Positions 8,206-17,536 of a stretch of DNA of 36,757 nt are shown here, one piece after another. The stretch is taken from NCBI GenBank assembly GCA_018650165.1, contig JABIGM010000001.1:1-36757 (forward strand), in the 5' to 3' direction. How positions within the stretch are numbered: position 1 is the stretch's first letter; each line of letters opens with the position of its first letter. The position numbers and the translations under genes are program-made. Origin of the DNA: Methanobacteriota archaeon (GTDB taxonomy: Archaea > Thermoplasmatota > Poseidoniia > Poseidoniales > Poseidoniaceae). Below the pieces are notes generated by a model. That model saw only the letters and a list, made by a program, of their open reading frames with translations, searched no databases and was not told the origin of the DNA.

Positions 8206-9195
8206 ATGGCGAAGTTGGAACGCTGCTTAGTTGGCGGAACCTTCGATAGATTTCATGCCGGTCACCAGGCACTACTCAATACGGCATTAGATATTGCAGA
8301 ATTGGTTGAAGTTTGGATTGCCAATGATGCCATGTCAGACGCGAAATCACCGTTCATTCAACCATTTGAGGACCGCCGAGAAGCAATTCTCGTATGGGCT
8401 GATGAACGGATTACTACTCATGAATTAACAGATGCAGATGGGCCGGCTCCATTTCGTAAAGATTGTGATAGTATCATCTGCACGCCAGAGACTTTAGGAA
8501 ATTGCCAATCAATAAATGAAAAGAGGTTGGGTAATGGATTACTACCACTTGAAATTATTGAAGCACCTTACTGTATGGATGATGGTGGAGGGATTATTTC
8601 GAGCTCTCGGATTCGCGCAGGGTTGATTAATCGTGAAGGCAAACTGTGGTTAAACAATGATGAGAGGGCAAAAACATACCAATTCCAACCACAACTTGAT
8701 GCTGAATTAAAAGAGCCTGCAGGTGAATTATTTCTTGGACCAGAGGATGTCCCCGAAGTAGCGATGTCTGCTGCCATGGAGCATATTGCTCCTGGGTCGT
8801 TAATTGCGGTTGGAGATGTTAGCGTTGCAACTCTTCTTGATATGGACATAGTACCTGATATTGCACTTGTAGATGGGATGACCAAGCGAACCGAATTAGA
8901 AGATAAAGTCGATTTATCTCCTTTTGATGTACTGATTGATTCAATTAATCCAGCCGGACAAATCACTCCATCATTGATAGATTCAATCGACGCCGCTTTG
9001 CATAATGACCAAACAACATGTATTGAGGTCGAAGGAGAAGAAGATCTTGCTCCAATCATCATTCATCTGCTCGCTCCACTTGGAACCAATGTCATTTATG
9101 GACAACCTGGCAAAGGTGTTGTTTTGAGAATCACGGAATTCGATGCGAAAGAACACTGTCGCAGAATATTATCGCGCTTCGAGGTGATAAATTGA
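8206..9195 (+). CDS. coaD: Fused phosphopantetheine adenylyltransferase + GTP-dependent dephospho-CoA kinase (DUF359)
   Basis: N-terminal VGGTFDRFHAGH (HxGH), TPET, IISSSRIR. C-terminal LKEPAG, IAVGDVS, VDGMTKR, NPAGQIT, VEGEEDLA, VIYGQPGKGVV. Confidence 0.92.
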   Translation: MAKLERCLVGGTFDRFHAGHQALLNTALDIAELVEVWIANDAMSDAKSPFIQPFEDRREAILVWADERITTHELTDADGPAPFRKDCDSIICTPETLGNCQSINEKRLGNGLLPLEIIEAPYCMDDGGGIISSSRIRAGLINREGKLWLNNDERAKTYQFQPQLDAELKEPAGELFLGPEDVPEVAMSAAMEHIAPGSLIAVGDVSVATLLDMDIVPDIALVDGMTKRTELEDKVDLSPFDVLIDSINPAGQITPSLIDSIDAALHNDQTTCIEVEGEEDLAPIIIHLLAPLGTNVIYGQPGKGVVLRITEFDAKEHCRRILSRFEVIN

Positions 9196-10208
9196 CACTT
9201 GTATCAGTTGCAGTCTGTGTTAGAAATGGTTTGGATTGGATAGATGGGTGTATGGAATCTCTCGTTAGTCAGAGCCACAGCCCACTAGAGATAATTCTAG
9301 TAGACGACGGTTCTACAGACGGTAGTACAGACAAAGTGAATGAATGGGCAAGCCACGAATTAGTCACGGCAATAACTCAAGATCCTATTGGCTTATCCGC
9401 CGGCCGTATGGCCGCTTTAGAATCTGCAAAGGGTGAATGGTTTGCAATTACTGATATTGATGTTCGTCCTGAAAAGGATTGGATTGAACGTATGCTTGAA
9501 GCGGCGCCGTCACAAAGTGGTGAGCAAGTTGTTGCAGTCACTGGTCGAACAATTTTTGGACAAGCAGACGATGTTATTTCACGAATTAGGTCAATAGAAA
9601 TTGAATCTAAGTACCGCTCAAGACCTCGTAGAACCAAACTAGCGAATGGTCCCTGTTCTATGTTCAAGCGTGAAGTATTACTTTCACTAGGAGGATTTGA
9701 CCCATCTTGGTATCATGCTGAAGACATGGAGGTTTCTCTCAAATTAGTCCAAGATGGTGGCACGATTGTCTATACTCCAAACGCAGTAGTCAATCACATA
9801 CCGGAAACTGGGCTTCGAAGGTTTTTACAAAAACGCAAGAGAGATGCAAGAGCTCACGTGAGGATTCACCGTCGCTATAAAGGAGTGAAACACGATTTCA
9901 TTGGTTCTTCATGGATTGTACTTTGGATGATACCGCTTGTTGCATTAGGTTCATTTGGAATTGCATTATATGTCCACAATTTATTGAATTTTGAGAAATT
10001 AGATTTAGAATCCTTTTACTTAGCACTAACAAAAGAGGTGATACTGATCTGTATTTTACCACTGTTTTGGCTATCGGCCTATTTACGGAGTAACCTTCCA
10101 AAGCGAAGGCTCAAAGGAATATTCATACTGATTACCTGGTCAATAGCACTATGGCAAGGCATCTTACTTGGGTATCTAGACGCATTATTACGTCGAAATG
10201 GACACTGA
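9192..10208 (+). CDS. Family 2 glycosyltransferase with C-terminal membrane helices
   Basis: LEIILVDDGSTDGS, AITDID (DxD), GGFDPSWYHAEDMEVSL, hydrophobic C-terminus. TTG start with GAGGTGA SD, overlapping the upstream stop. Confidence 0.92.
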   Translation: MTLVSVAVCVRNGLDWIDGCMESLVSQSHSPLEIILVDDGSTDGSTDKVNEWASHELVTAITQDPIGLSAGRMAALESAKGEWFAITDIDVRPEKDWIERMLEAAPSQSGEQVVAVTGRTIFGQADDVISRIRSIEIESKYRSRPRRTKLANGPCSMFKREVLLSLGGFDPSWYHAEDMEVSLKLVQDGGTIVYTPNAVVNHIPETGLRRFLQKRKRDARAHVRIHRRYKGVKHDFIGSSWIVLWMIPLVALGSFGIALYVHNLLNFEKLDLESFYLALTKEVILICILPLFWLSAYLRSNLPKRRLKGIFILITWSIALWQGILLGYLDALLRRNGH

Positions 10209-10760
10209 TTACTCTTCGTTTTCAATAGTCGATAGCATACGTAGAACTAATCCTACAGCCATAACTGAGATTGCGATTGAATATACACCTGGGTCAATCC
10301 AAGCCATGTGAATGATTCCCCAATAGAAGTAGAATACAATACTTACAAGCATAGACCAAGTCCCCAGAATTAGTGACCATCCTCCCTCCTTTGGTTCAAT
10401 CAAATCAAGGTACCACTCGCTTTTGACCATTGACATTATCCAGTTGCCAATGCCATCATCGCCAGCAAGGGAGCGAGCGCCAGTTCCAACAAAGAATAAG
10501 CAGCCTAGCATGAATATCGCATCACCGAGAACAAAAGCAGCAGCAGTATCTTTGTGGCCAAATGTAGCATTCCAAGTTTCGAATGTTAGAAGGCCACCCC
10601 AAGAGACATGATAGCTTGGATGAATTTGCCCTACAAGGTTTAGGATTGCTAGCATTAATCCAAGGCACCCTAGCCAGAAATACCAGTTTGCAAGAGTTCT
10701 CGAAGGCATTGTCAGAATTGACAACAAATCGTCCTCAGCATTCTCACCGTCATTGCTCAT
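10209..10760 (-). CDS. Hypothetical integral membrane protein (about 4 TM)
   Basis: Several hydrophobic segments in the ORF. Start set at ATG 10760, with a CTTAAC box about 25 nt upstream. The ORF is open to 10799. Confidence 0.75.
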   Translation of the reverse strand: MSNDGENAEDDLLSILTMPSRTLANWYFWLGCLGLMLAILNLVGQIHPSYHVSWGGLLTFETWNATFGHKDTAAAFVLGDAIFMLGCLFFVGTGARSLAGDDGIGNWIMSMVKSEWYLDLIEPKEGGWSLILGTWSMLVSIVFYFYWGIIHMAWIDPGVYSIAISVMAVGLVLRMLSTIENEE

Positions 10761-10822
10761 GGGCCGGTCCAACTGAGACGCGGTTAAGAGTCTTGGCATA
10801 GCCCCGTAGGGGCTTTAACAAC

Positions 10823-12064
10823 TCAGAGTTGGCTCTGATGTCGATATTTTGCAGAGAATACTTCAGTCAATATTGGCTCTGCTTTTGCCATAATCTCACA
10901 GGGGTCAATATTGGTTGGAATGCATGAATTAATCTCTTTACTACGGCCATATCTCCCTCTGGAAATTGTTTTTGCAGTAATCAATCCGAGCATATCTAAA
11001 TTCGATATTATTCCAGACACGCGCCTAGCGGTTAAAAATTGCTGGCCACTGTGTGCACAAGACTGTTTGTAGATATTGTAAACTTCACCGGTTTGGATAT
11101 TCCGGAGTCCGTTTTTCTCGTTGATTAGTACCGATGCAAGTACTAACTTTTGCTGAGTTGGAAGCGTTCTAATCACAGGAGTAACTTGATCTGATTCAAT
11201 CTGTGCCTGTGCAATACGAACATGGTTTTGTTCAACAACTTTAACTCCATCCTGCTCTGCCTTTTCAGTGGAAACTCTAAGCAGGTCGAGAGCACATCTT
11301 GCATCTCCATGCTCTTGTGCAGCCAGGGCCGCACACAGCTCGATAACCCCTGGGCCAATTGCACCTTTACTGATTCCAATCTTGGCGCGGGAACGCAAGA
11401 TGTCCTGTAACTGCTCAGCATTGTATGGATTGAACACAATGTCCTGTTGTCCGAGACGACTTCTGACTCGTGGGTCTAGGAAGTCTGTAAATTTGAGATC
11501 ATTAGAAATTCCAATTACACAAGCACGTGCGTTTTTCAATTCGGCATTAAGGTTAGTCAAATTGTAAAGAAGGTCATCCCCTGCCTTTTTGACTAGATGG
11601 TCTATTTCATCAAGAACCAAAACATATACTCCACCTCTTTGATTCATACGCTTGACCAATTCAGAGAATACTCTGTCTGTCGGCCAACCCGTAAATGGTA
11701 TGTCATCCATTTCATGTTCCTCTAATAGAGCATTACCCAAGTGTGATAATACTCGATACTGAGTGTCAATTTGCCTACAATTAACCAATACTGGATGAAC
11801 GAATCTACCTATCGCTTCACCCTTACGTTGCAATTGGTCACAGACGAATCTTGTAACCGCAGTTTTACCTGCGCCGGTGACCCCATAAAGAATCATGTTA
11901 GAGGGAATATCTCCCTTCAGAGCTTCAACTAAATTGAACGAAAGTTGGTCTCTTTCATAGTCTCTGTGAGGGAGGATTTCCGGTTGGTGAGTGTGACGCA
12001 GTACTTCCTTCTGCACAAAGAGAGTTTTTTGATTCAATATTCCATCGAAAATATTTCGCTTCAA
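10823..12064 (-). CDS. cdc6: Orc1/Cdc6 replication initiator
   Basis: Walker A YGVTGAGKT, Walker B LVLDEIDHL, IGISND, PYNAEQLQDIL, HGDARCALDLLR, C-terminal wHTH with GRYGR. TTG start at 12064 with GAGGAGGTG SD at 12072-12080. Confidence 0.97.
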   Translation of the reverse strand: MKRNIFDGILNQKTLFVQKEVLRHTHQPEILPHRDYERDQLSFNLVEALKGDIPSNMILYGVTGAGKTAVTRFVCDQLQRKGEAIGRFVHPVLVNCRQIDTQYRVLSHLGNALLEEHEMDDIPFTGWPTDRVFSELVKRMNQRGGVYVLVLDEIDHLVKKAGDDLLYNLTNLNAELKNARACVIGISNDLKFTDFLDPRVRSRLGQQDIVFNPYNAEQLQDILRSRAKIGISKGAIGPGVIELCAALAAQEHGDARCALDLLRVSTEKAEQDGVKVVEQNHVRIAQAQIESDQVTPVIRTLPTQQKLVLASVLINEKNGLRNIQTGEVYNIYKQSCAHSGQQFLTARRVSGIISNLDMLGLITAKTISRGRYGRSKEINSCIPTNIDPCEIMAKAEPILTEVFSAKYRHQSQL

Positions 12065-12145
12065 AAAATAACACCTCCTCTCTTTTGTCATACACGATAC
12101 AAGCCGGGCCCACACAGTGCGTGATGCCTACGGGGAGTCCGAGTC

Positions 12146-12158
12146 CGCCATATAACAT
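12146..12158 (-). promoter_or_regulatory. TATA-box promoter of cdc6
   Basis: ATGTTATATGGCG on the minus strand, implying a ~60-nt SD-containing leader. Confidence 0.55.
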
Positions 12159-12478
12159 TAGTCCTAAATTAGACTATTAGCGTAAGGATTTACTCACTTA
12201 TTGGATTCCAATTGAAGGTATATAAGTGAGAGGGCAAATCTATCTTTTGGTTATTAAAAGGACTTACTGTGAACCTTATTTTTTCCCTAATCAGCCGAGG
12301 GTTGCCAAAATTAAATCCGTTCAATGAGATGAGATGTTCGATTTCATTTTCAACATTATAATCTATGAAGAAATAAAAGTTCACCGCTAAGAAATTGGAA
12401 ATAGCGAGACAAAAATTTTGTAAAACTGCAACGAGAGATAAATAATACCAATTATAGTTATTTTCATTTAGTATTTTA
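12159..12478. other. AT-rich non-coding region next to cdc6, candidate replication origin
   Basis: About 30% GC over 12181-12480, falling to about 20% in 12421-12480 (hand count). Inverted repeats and a mini-ORB-like TTCCAATTGAAG at 12206-12217. Confidence 0.4.
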
Positions 12479-13243
12479 TTACAAAAGTTGCCCGTTTGAG
12501 TCCAATTTAAATTCCATACCATCGCTGCCATGGATTACATTTTCCGGAAAATCAGGGATTTCTTTCGTAAGAATCTGGTAATCAGAATCGATATATGTGT
12601 GGGTTACTACAATCTGCGTATTTGGATATTCAGCTGCTAAATTCATAATATCGCTCGGCTTATGGTGGTGTTCAGTTTGAACCCATTCGGGAACTCCCAT
12701 CTCTACAATTGCAAAATTACATTCTCCTATCCGGTTCCATAATTCATCGCATGGCCCTGAATCTCCAGAATGGATCATCGACCATCCCTCTTCGTGACTT
12801 AGCATCCACCCATGCGGGTCGACTTCAGGGTCGTGGAGAACTTCGAAGCGCTCCATCTCCCAACCCTTTACTTCAGGTACATCGACCCAATTTATCGTTT
12901 CAATTATTTCTTCTAACGAGCCGGGGTATGCTAATTTACAAAGATGAGTGAGTCTTTCTTTTACTCCGCTAGACCCGGCAACAGTAAGGCTTCGCAAACC
13001 GTCTCTGTCGGATATGTATTTGCGTTCGAGTAAAAAGAAAGGGAATCCGAATACATGGTCGCCATGAACATGCGTTATGAGAATGGTATCGATGTCTGCG
13101 GGACTAATGCCTGCGATTCGTAAACTTGCTAATGCAGTGGGGGGGCAATCGACGATGATATGTCGGTCAATTGCTAGGAATGAATGGAGTCGGCCTGAAG
13201 GCAAGAAAGCATTGCCACTTCCGAGCAACTCCACTAGGACCAT
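12479..13243 (-). CDS. MBL-fold metallo-hydrolase (RNase Z/BN-like)
   Basis: LLGSGNAF, VDCPP, ITHVHGDHVFG (HxHxDH), VLHD, HSGDSG, HHK, VVTH. Confidence 0.9.
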   Translation of the reverse strand: MVLVELLGSGNAFLPSGRLHSFLAIDRHIIVDCPPTALASLRIAGISPADIDTILITHVHGDHVFGFPFFLLERKYISDRDGLRSLTVAGSSGVKERLTHLCKLAYPGSLEEIIETINWVDVPEVKGWEMERFEVLHDPEVDPHGWMLSHEEGWSMIHSGDSGPCDELWNRIGECNFAIVEMGVPEWVQTEHHHKPSDIMNLAAEYPNTQIVVTHTYIDSDYQILTKEIPDFPENVIHGSDGMEFKLDSNGQLL

Positions 13244-13331
13244 GGAAGTTGGAGGCACTTCAGGTCTAAGACATCATCGCACTAACATTCATCTATCGGG
13301 TCAAGGTGGCCGATGTTATCTGGTGTTTAAT

Positions 13332-14594
13332 ATGGCGAACTGGAGCGCGAAGAATCCATACATGTCTAAGATTACTGAGTGTTATATCCTAAACGGTGAA
13401 GGTTCAAAAAAAGAGACACGGCACATCGTTTTTGATTTGGGAGACTCAGGACTTGATTACAAGGTAGGAGACGCACTTGGCGTATTTGGAGAAAATCCTG
13501 AATCTACCGTTGACCTATTGATTGAAACAGCAGGTTGGGACAAAGACCAACTCGTTACCACTCAAAATGGCAAGAAAAGACTTAGAGATGCTCTAAAGAA
13601 GGATGTCGAAATCCACCGTGTCAATAAAAAGTACGTCAATTCACTTTCACAAAAGATATCCACTGATGGAATGAGAATTACAGTTAAACTCATTGAACGT
13701 TATAGAGAATCAGTTGCTGGTAATGGGTCTGCATGGATGGGTGGAGATACTCCGCTAGAAGCGGAATTGTTACCGTCTATTCCTGGAGACGATCCGACAG
13801 GGAGAGTTGAATCTATTACCGCAGATGGTAAGGCGATGGAAGACTACATCTGGTCTCGCGACTATATCGATGTCTTGAGGGATTTTGATGTAAGTTACAC
13901 GGCAGAAGAATTTATCGAGCTAGCAGATAGGCTCAAGCCTCGCCTGTATTCTATTGCAAGTAGCCACGATGCGCACCCTGGTTTCGTAGAATTGACAGTT
14001 GCAATTGTTCGTTATTCCCACCATGGAAGGGACCGCGGCGGCCTTTGTACTGTGTACATGGCTGATGAAGTCGAAATCAACAAATCTGACGTAGGTGTCT
14101 TCATGTCACCGACAAAATCATTCGTTTTGCCTGCTGATACTTCAACTGACATCATAATGGTCGGTCCAGGTACTGGCATCGCACCTTTCCGTGCTTTCAT
14201 GGAGCAACGTGTGCATGATGGTGGAACTGGTAAGAACTGGTTATTCTTTGGTGACCAATCTGAAAAGACTGAATTCTATTACAAGGATACAATTGAAGAT
14301 TGGATGGATGAAGGAAATCTATACCGATTCACCACTGCTTGGTCACGTGACCAAGAAGAGAAAATTTACGTTCAACACAGGCTAAAAGAGCATGGTGCAG
14401 AAGTGTGGGAATGGTTCGAAAGAGGAGCATACTTCTACATCTGTGGTGACAAGACCTACATGGCAAAAGATGTCCATCGTGCATTGATTGAAATCGCAAT
14501 GGAGCATGGCGGTATGTCACTTGATGATGCAACTTTCTTCATCGAGAAGACAATGATGCGTGAAGAAAAGCGTTACTTGCGTGACGTTTACTGA
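13332..14594 (+). CDS. FAD/NADPH-binding reductase of the CysJ/CPR/FNR family, lacking the flavodoxin domain
   Basis: KETRHIVFDL, YKVGDALGV, LKPRLYSIASS, GLCT, IIMVGPGTGIAPFRAF, WLFFG, KIYVQHR, YICGD, RYLRDVY. Start at ATG 13332; the ORF-track extension to 13077 overlaps the opposite-strand gene. Confidence 0.92.
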   Translation: MANWSAKNPYMSKITECYILNGEGSKKETRHIVFDLGDSGLDYKVGDALGVFGENPESTVDLLIETAGWDKDQLVTTQNGKKRLRDALKKDVEIHRVNKKYVNSLSQKISTDGMRITVKLIERYRESVAGNGSAWMGGDTPLEAELLPSIPGDDPTGRVESITADGKAMEDYIWSRDYIDVLRDFDVSYTAEEFIELADRLKPRLYSIASSHDAHPGFVELTVAIVRYSHHGRDRGGLCTVYMADEVEINKSDVGVFMSPTKSFVLPADTSTDIIMVGPGTGIAPFRAFMEQRVHDGGTGKNWLFFGDQSEKTEFYYKDTIEDWMDEGNLYRFTTAWSRDQEEKIYVQHRLKEHGAEVWEWFERGAYFYICGDKTYMAKDVHRALIEIAMEHGGMSLDDATFFIEKTMMREEKRYLRDVY

Positions 14595-15065
14595 TCACGC
14601 TTCTCCTTCAGGTGGAGTGGGGATCTCTACTGCAGTAAGACCTTTCTCGCGTGCGCGTTTAATCATAATGGTAGTCCATTTTGATTTTGGACCAGGGAAT
14701 GCAATTACATGGGTGGCGTGCTCTAGCATTTTGTCAACAAGTGTTGGTGATGCTTCAGGCCGACCCGAATCTTGTAATCCACCACGTGGCTCATTCCACG
14801 CTTCTGAGAAAATGGCCATAGGAATTGCATGGTTGTTAGCCCATCTTTCAGCAAGATAATCTACGCCACTTGCGCCACCAATAATTATCAAATCCGGATG
14901 TGAATGCCACTTTATCCACTGGTCTAGTTGCTCTTCCAACCATTGATAATCGTAGTATCTGGAGTTGCCACAAATTGCTAAATTTATGATTTGCCCATCT
15001 TGATTTAGGTCTCTGCCGGCCAAACGCTCGACAGTCGCTGCTCCAGTGTTTTTGTCGTCGGACAT
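14595..15065 (-). CDS. SLOG-superfamily protein (DUF2493/YspA-like)
   Basis: LAICGNSRYYDY, IIIGGASGVDYLAERWA, MLEHATHVIAFPG, WTTIMIKRA. Start at ATG 15065 (MSDDK). Confidence 0.8.
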   Translation of the reverse strand: MSDDKNTGAATVERLAGRDLNQDGQIINLAICGNSRYYDYQWLEEQLDQWIKWHSHPDLIIIGGASGVDYLAERWANNHAIPMAIFSEAWNEPRGGLQDSGRPEASPTLVDKMLEHATHVIAFPGPKSKWTTIMIKRAREKGLTAVEIPTPPEGEA

Positions 15066-15224
15066 GTTTCCAAATAGGTGGGGTACCCTATAAGGCCGAC
15101 CCCGAAAATGCAATTTTATGGACATTATTGGGCCCGTTGCTTCCGTAATCCGGTGAGAGAAAAGGGTGTAAAAGCATACTTTCCAACCGCTTTCATCTTA
15201 GAATAGTTATGTCTCGCAACCCTC

Positions 15225-16565
15225 ATGGCATTCAAACGCGTCCTAATAGCCAACCGTGGCGAAATCGCATTAAGAATACTCAGAGCACTTCGTGATATGG
15301 GGATTGAAGTAGCAATAATTCATGGCCGTGAAGACCGTTTATCACTTCCAGTACGCATGGCAGATGTTGCTTATCCGATAATGCGTTCAAATCCTTTAGA
15401 TTCATATTTAGATATCGAAGCAGTCATTCAAGCCGCCAAGGAATTGAATTGTGATGCTGTACATCCGGGTTATGGGTTCCTTGCAGAGAATGCACACTTT
15501 GTAAAACGCCTCGAAGAAGAAGGCATTACTTTCATTGGGCCGGCATCACATGTAATCACTTTACTTGGTGACAAAATCGAAGCAAGAGCTGCGATGGAGG
15601 CCGCTGGCCTGCCTACGGCAAAGGGCAGTAGTGAACCAATCTCTACTGTTGCAGTTGCTAGTAAATTAGCCGATGAAATTGGCTATCCTGTCATCATCAA
15701 GGCTGCAGCCGGTGGCGGAGGTATTGGTATGCAAATCGTTCATGTAGAGAATGAATTCGGAAGTGCTCTGAAACTGTGCCAAAGCCGAGCCAAATCAGCA
15801 TTCGGCGATGATCGAGTCTTCGTAGAGAAGTATATCGAAGGAGCCCAGCATGTTGAATTTCAAGTTCTTGGGGATGGGAAAACTGCAATACATTTCGGAG
15901 AACGGTTTTGCTCGATTCAACGTAGGCATCAGAAATTAGTGGAAGAAGGCCCTTGGCTTGATGAAGAAACGCGTGCAAAAATAGGAGCCCTAGTGTGCTC
16001 AGGAGCCGAATCTGTGGGCTACAAAGGCCTTGCAACGTTTGAATTTTTGCGAGATAAGAAAGGAGATTTTTACTTCCTAGAAGTCAATCCGCGTGTCCAA
16101 GTCGAGCACACGGTTACCGAATTGATAACTGGATACAATCTTGTGGAACTTGGAATTAGAGTTGCACAGGGGGAAAGTCTACCTCTTACACAGGAAGATG
16201 TAGTGATTAGAGGGCATGCAATTCAGTGCCGTTTGAATGCAGAGGATACCACGAATTTCATACCATCACCCGGAAGGTTATGGGAATGTCATTTCCCTTC
16301 TGGTTTTGGGATTCGCTGCGATACCCATGCACATCCTGGATACGAGATGCCTGGATGTTTTGATAGCCTATTAGCAAAATTACTGGCTTGGGGCCCAGAC
16401 CGAGAATCAGCAATTCGTCGAATGCGTACTGCACTGGATGAAACAATAATCACCGGAGTCGAGCATCTGATACCCTTACATCGTAGAATTATGGATGAGG
16501 AAGATTTCCTTGCAGGGGATATAACAATCGCTTACATCGAGGAACATGACCATCTCTTGGGATGA
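15225..16565 (+). CDS. accC: Biotin carboxylase subunit (acetyl/propionyl-CoA or pyruvate carboxylase)
   Basis: KRVLIANRGEIALR, HPGYGFLAEN, IKAAAGGGGIGM, CSIQRRHQKL, FLEVNPRVQVEH, DSLLAKL. The partner carboxylase cannot be assigned from this window. Confidence 0.93.
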   Translation: MAFKRVLIANRGEIALRILRALRDMGIEVAIIHGREDRLSLPVRMADVAYPIMRSNPLDSYLDIEAVIQAAKELNCDAVHPGYGFLAENAHFVKRLEEEGITFIGPASHVITLLGDKIEARAAMEAAGLPTAKGSSEPISTVAVASKLADEIGYPVIIKAAAGGGGIGMQIVHVENEFGSALKLCQSRAKSAFGDDRVFVEKYIEGAQHVEFQVLGDGKTAIHFGERFCSIQRRHQKLVEEGPWLDEETRAKIGALVCSGAESVGYKGLATFEFLRDKKGDFYFLEVNPRVQVEHTVTELITGYNLVELGIRVAQGESLPLTQEDVVIRGHAIQCRLNAEDTTNFIPSPGRLWECHFPSGFGIRCDTHAHPGYEMPGCFDSLLAKLLAWGPDRESAIRRMRTALDETIITGVEHLIPLHRRIMDEEDFLAGDITIAYIEEHDHLLG

Positions 16566-17497
16566 TTATAATGGATGTACTAATCGTCGGCAGCTTAGCC
16601 TACGATTCTTTGGAAACACCCCGTGGTTCGAGAGAAGATGAACTAGGAGGTTCCGCTTCATACGGTGGATTTTCAGCGGCATTTCACAATCGGCGAATGT
16701 CCGGAGGGGGTATTGGATTAGTTGGAGTAATTGGGGAAGATTTCAATTCGAAACATCTTGCTTGGTATTCTTCTGCAGGGCTAGATGTTAGTGGAATAGA
16801 AACCACTTCGGGCCAGACTTTCAGATGGAAAGGTTCGTACCATGGGAATATGGCTGAAGCAGTAACTCACGAGACTCACCTAAATGTCTTTGAACACTTT
16901 CAGCCAAAGGTTCCTCTTAGCCATCGAACACCAAAAGTACTGATGTGTGCTAACCTCCATCCCTCATTACAATCATCAGTTCTATCACAAACGAGTGCTC
17001 AGAGACTTTCGATTCTTGATTCGATGAATCTATGGATCAACATCGCTCATGACCAATTGTTAGAAGTAATGCGTGATGTTGATTTAGTCGTTCTAAATGA
17101 TGGAGAGGTGAGAATGCTTGCATCGGATGAGAATCTAATTCAGGCAGCATACAAGGTACTCGAGATGATGGATGGTGGAATTTTAGTCGTTAAGCGGGGG
17201 GAGCATGGAGTAATCGCATTACACCCTGATGGATTAATTTCTATGCCCGCATATCCCACTTCAGACATAATGGACCCAACTGGTTGTGGGGATTCTTTTG
17301 CTGGAGCGATGTCTCAATTTTTAGCGAATGGAAATGGTGAAGTTAGTAGAAAAGAACTTGCAGAGTCGCTAGTACATGCTACAGTCACTGCATCTTTCAC
17401 TATCGAAAAGTTCGGTTCTGAACGGCTAAGAAACCTTACTGTTGATGAATATGACATACGCCTTGAAGAGTTTAGAATTATATCTAAGACGTCATGA
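16562..17497 (+). CDS. PfkB/ribokinase family carbohydrate or nucleoside kinase
   Basis: VGSLAYD, LGGSASY, GVIGEDF, LNDGE, VKRGEHG, DPTGCGDSFAG. ATGA overlap with accC. Confidence 0.93.
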   Translation: MIIMDVLIVGSLAYDSLETPRGSREDELGGSASYGGFSAAFHNRRMSGGGIGLVGVIGEDFNSKHLAWYSSAGLDVSGIETTSGQTFRWKGSYHGNMAEAVTHETHLNVFEHFQPKVPLSHRTPKVLMCANLHPSLQSSVLSQTSAQRLSILDSMNLWINIAHDQLLEVMRDVDLVVLNDGEVRMLASDENLIQAAYKVLEMMDGGILVVKRGEHGVIALHPDGLISMPAYPTSDIMDPTGCGDSFAGAMSQFLANGNGEVSRKELAESLVHATVTASFTIEKFGSERLRNLTVDEYDIRLEEFRIISKTS

Positions 17498-17536
17498 TTG
17501 CACTATGCTCAAGAACAGAGCACAACTCGCAGAGGT

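Noticed and set aside
7853-8272. Minus-strand ORFs of 139 aa and 70 aa across the GC-rich gap
   Set aside because: Not protein-like and overlapping both flanking genes. High GC explains the open frames.
12190-12531. 113-aa minus-strand ORF
   Set aside because: Asn/Phe/Ile-rich as expected from AT-rich DNA, overlaps the MBL gene end, and has no RBS or motif.
13077-13331. N-terminal extension of the flavoprotein reductase in the ORF track
   Set aside because: Overlaps the opposite-strand MBL hydrolase and is not a flavodoxin domain.
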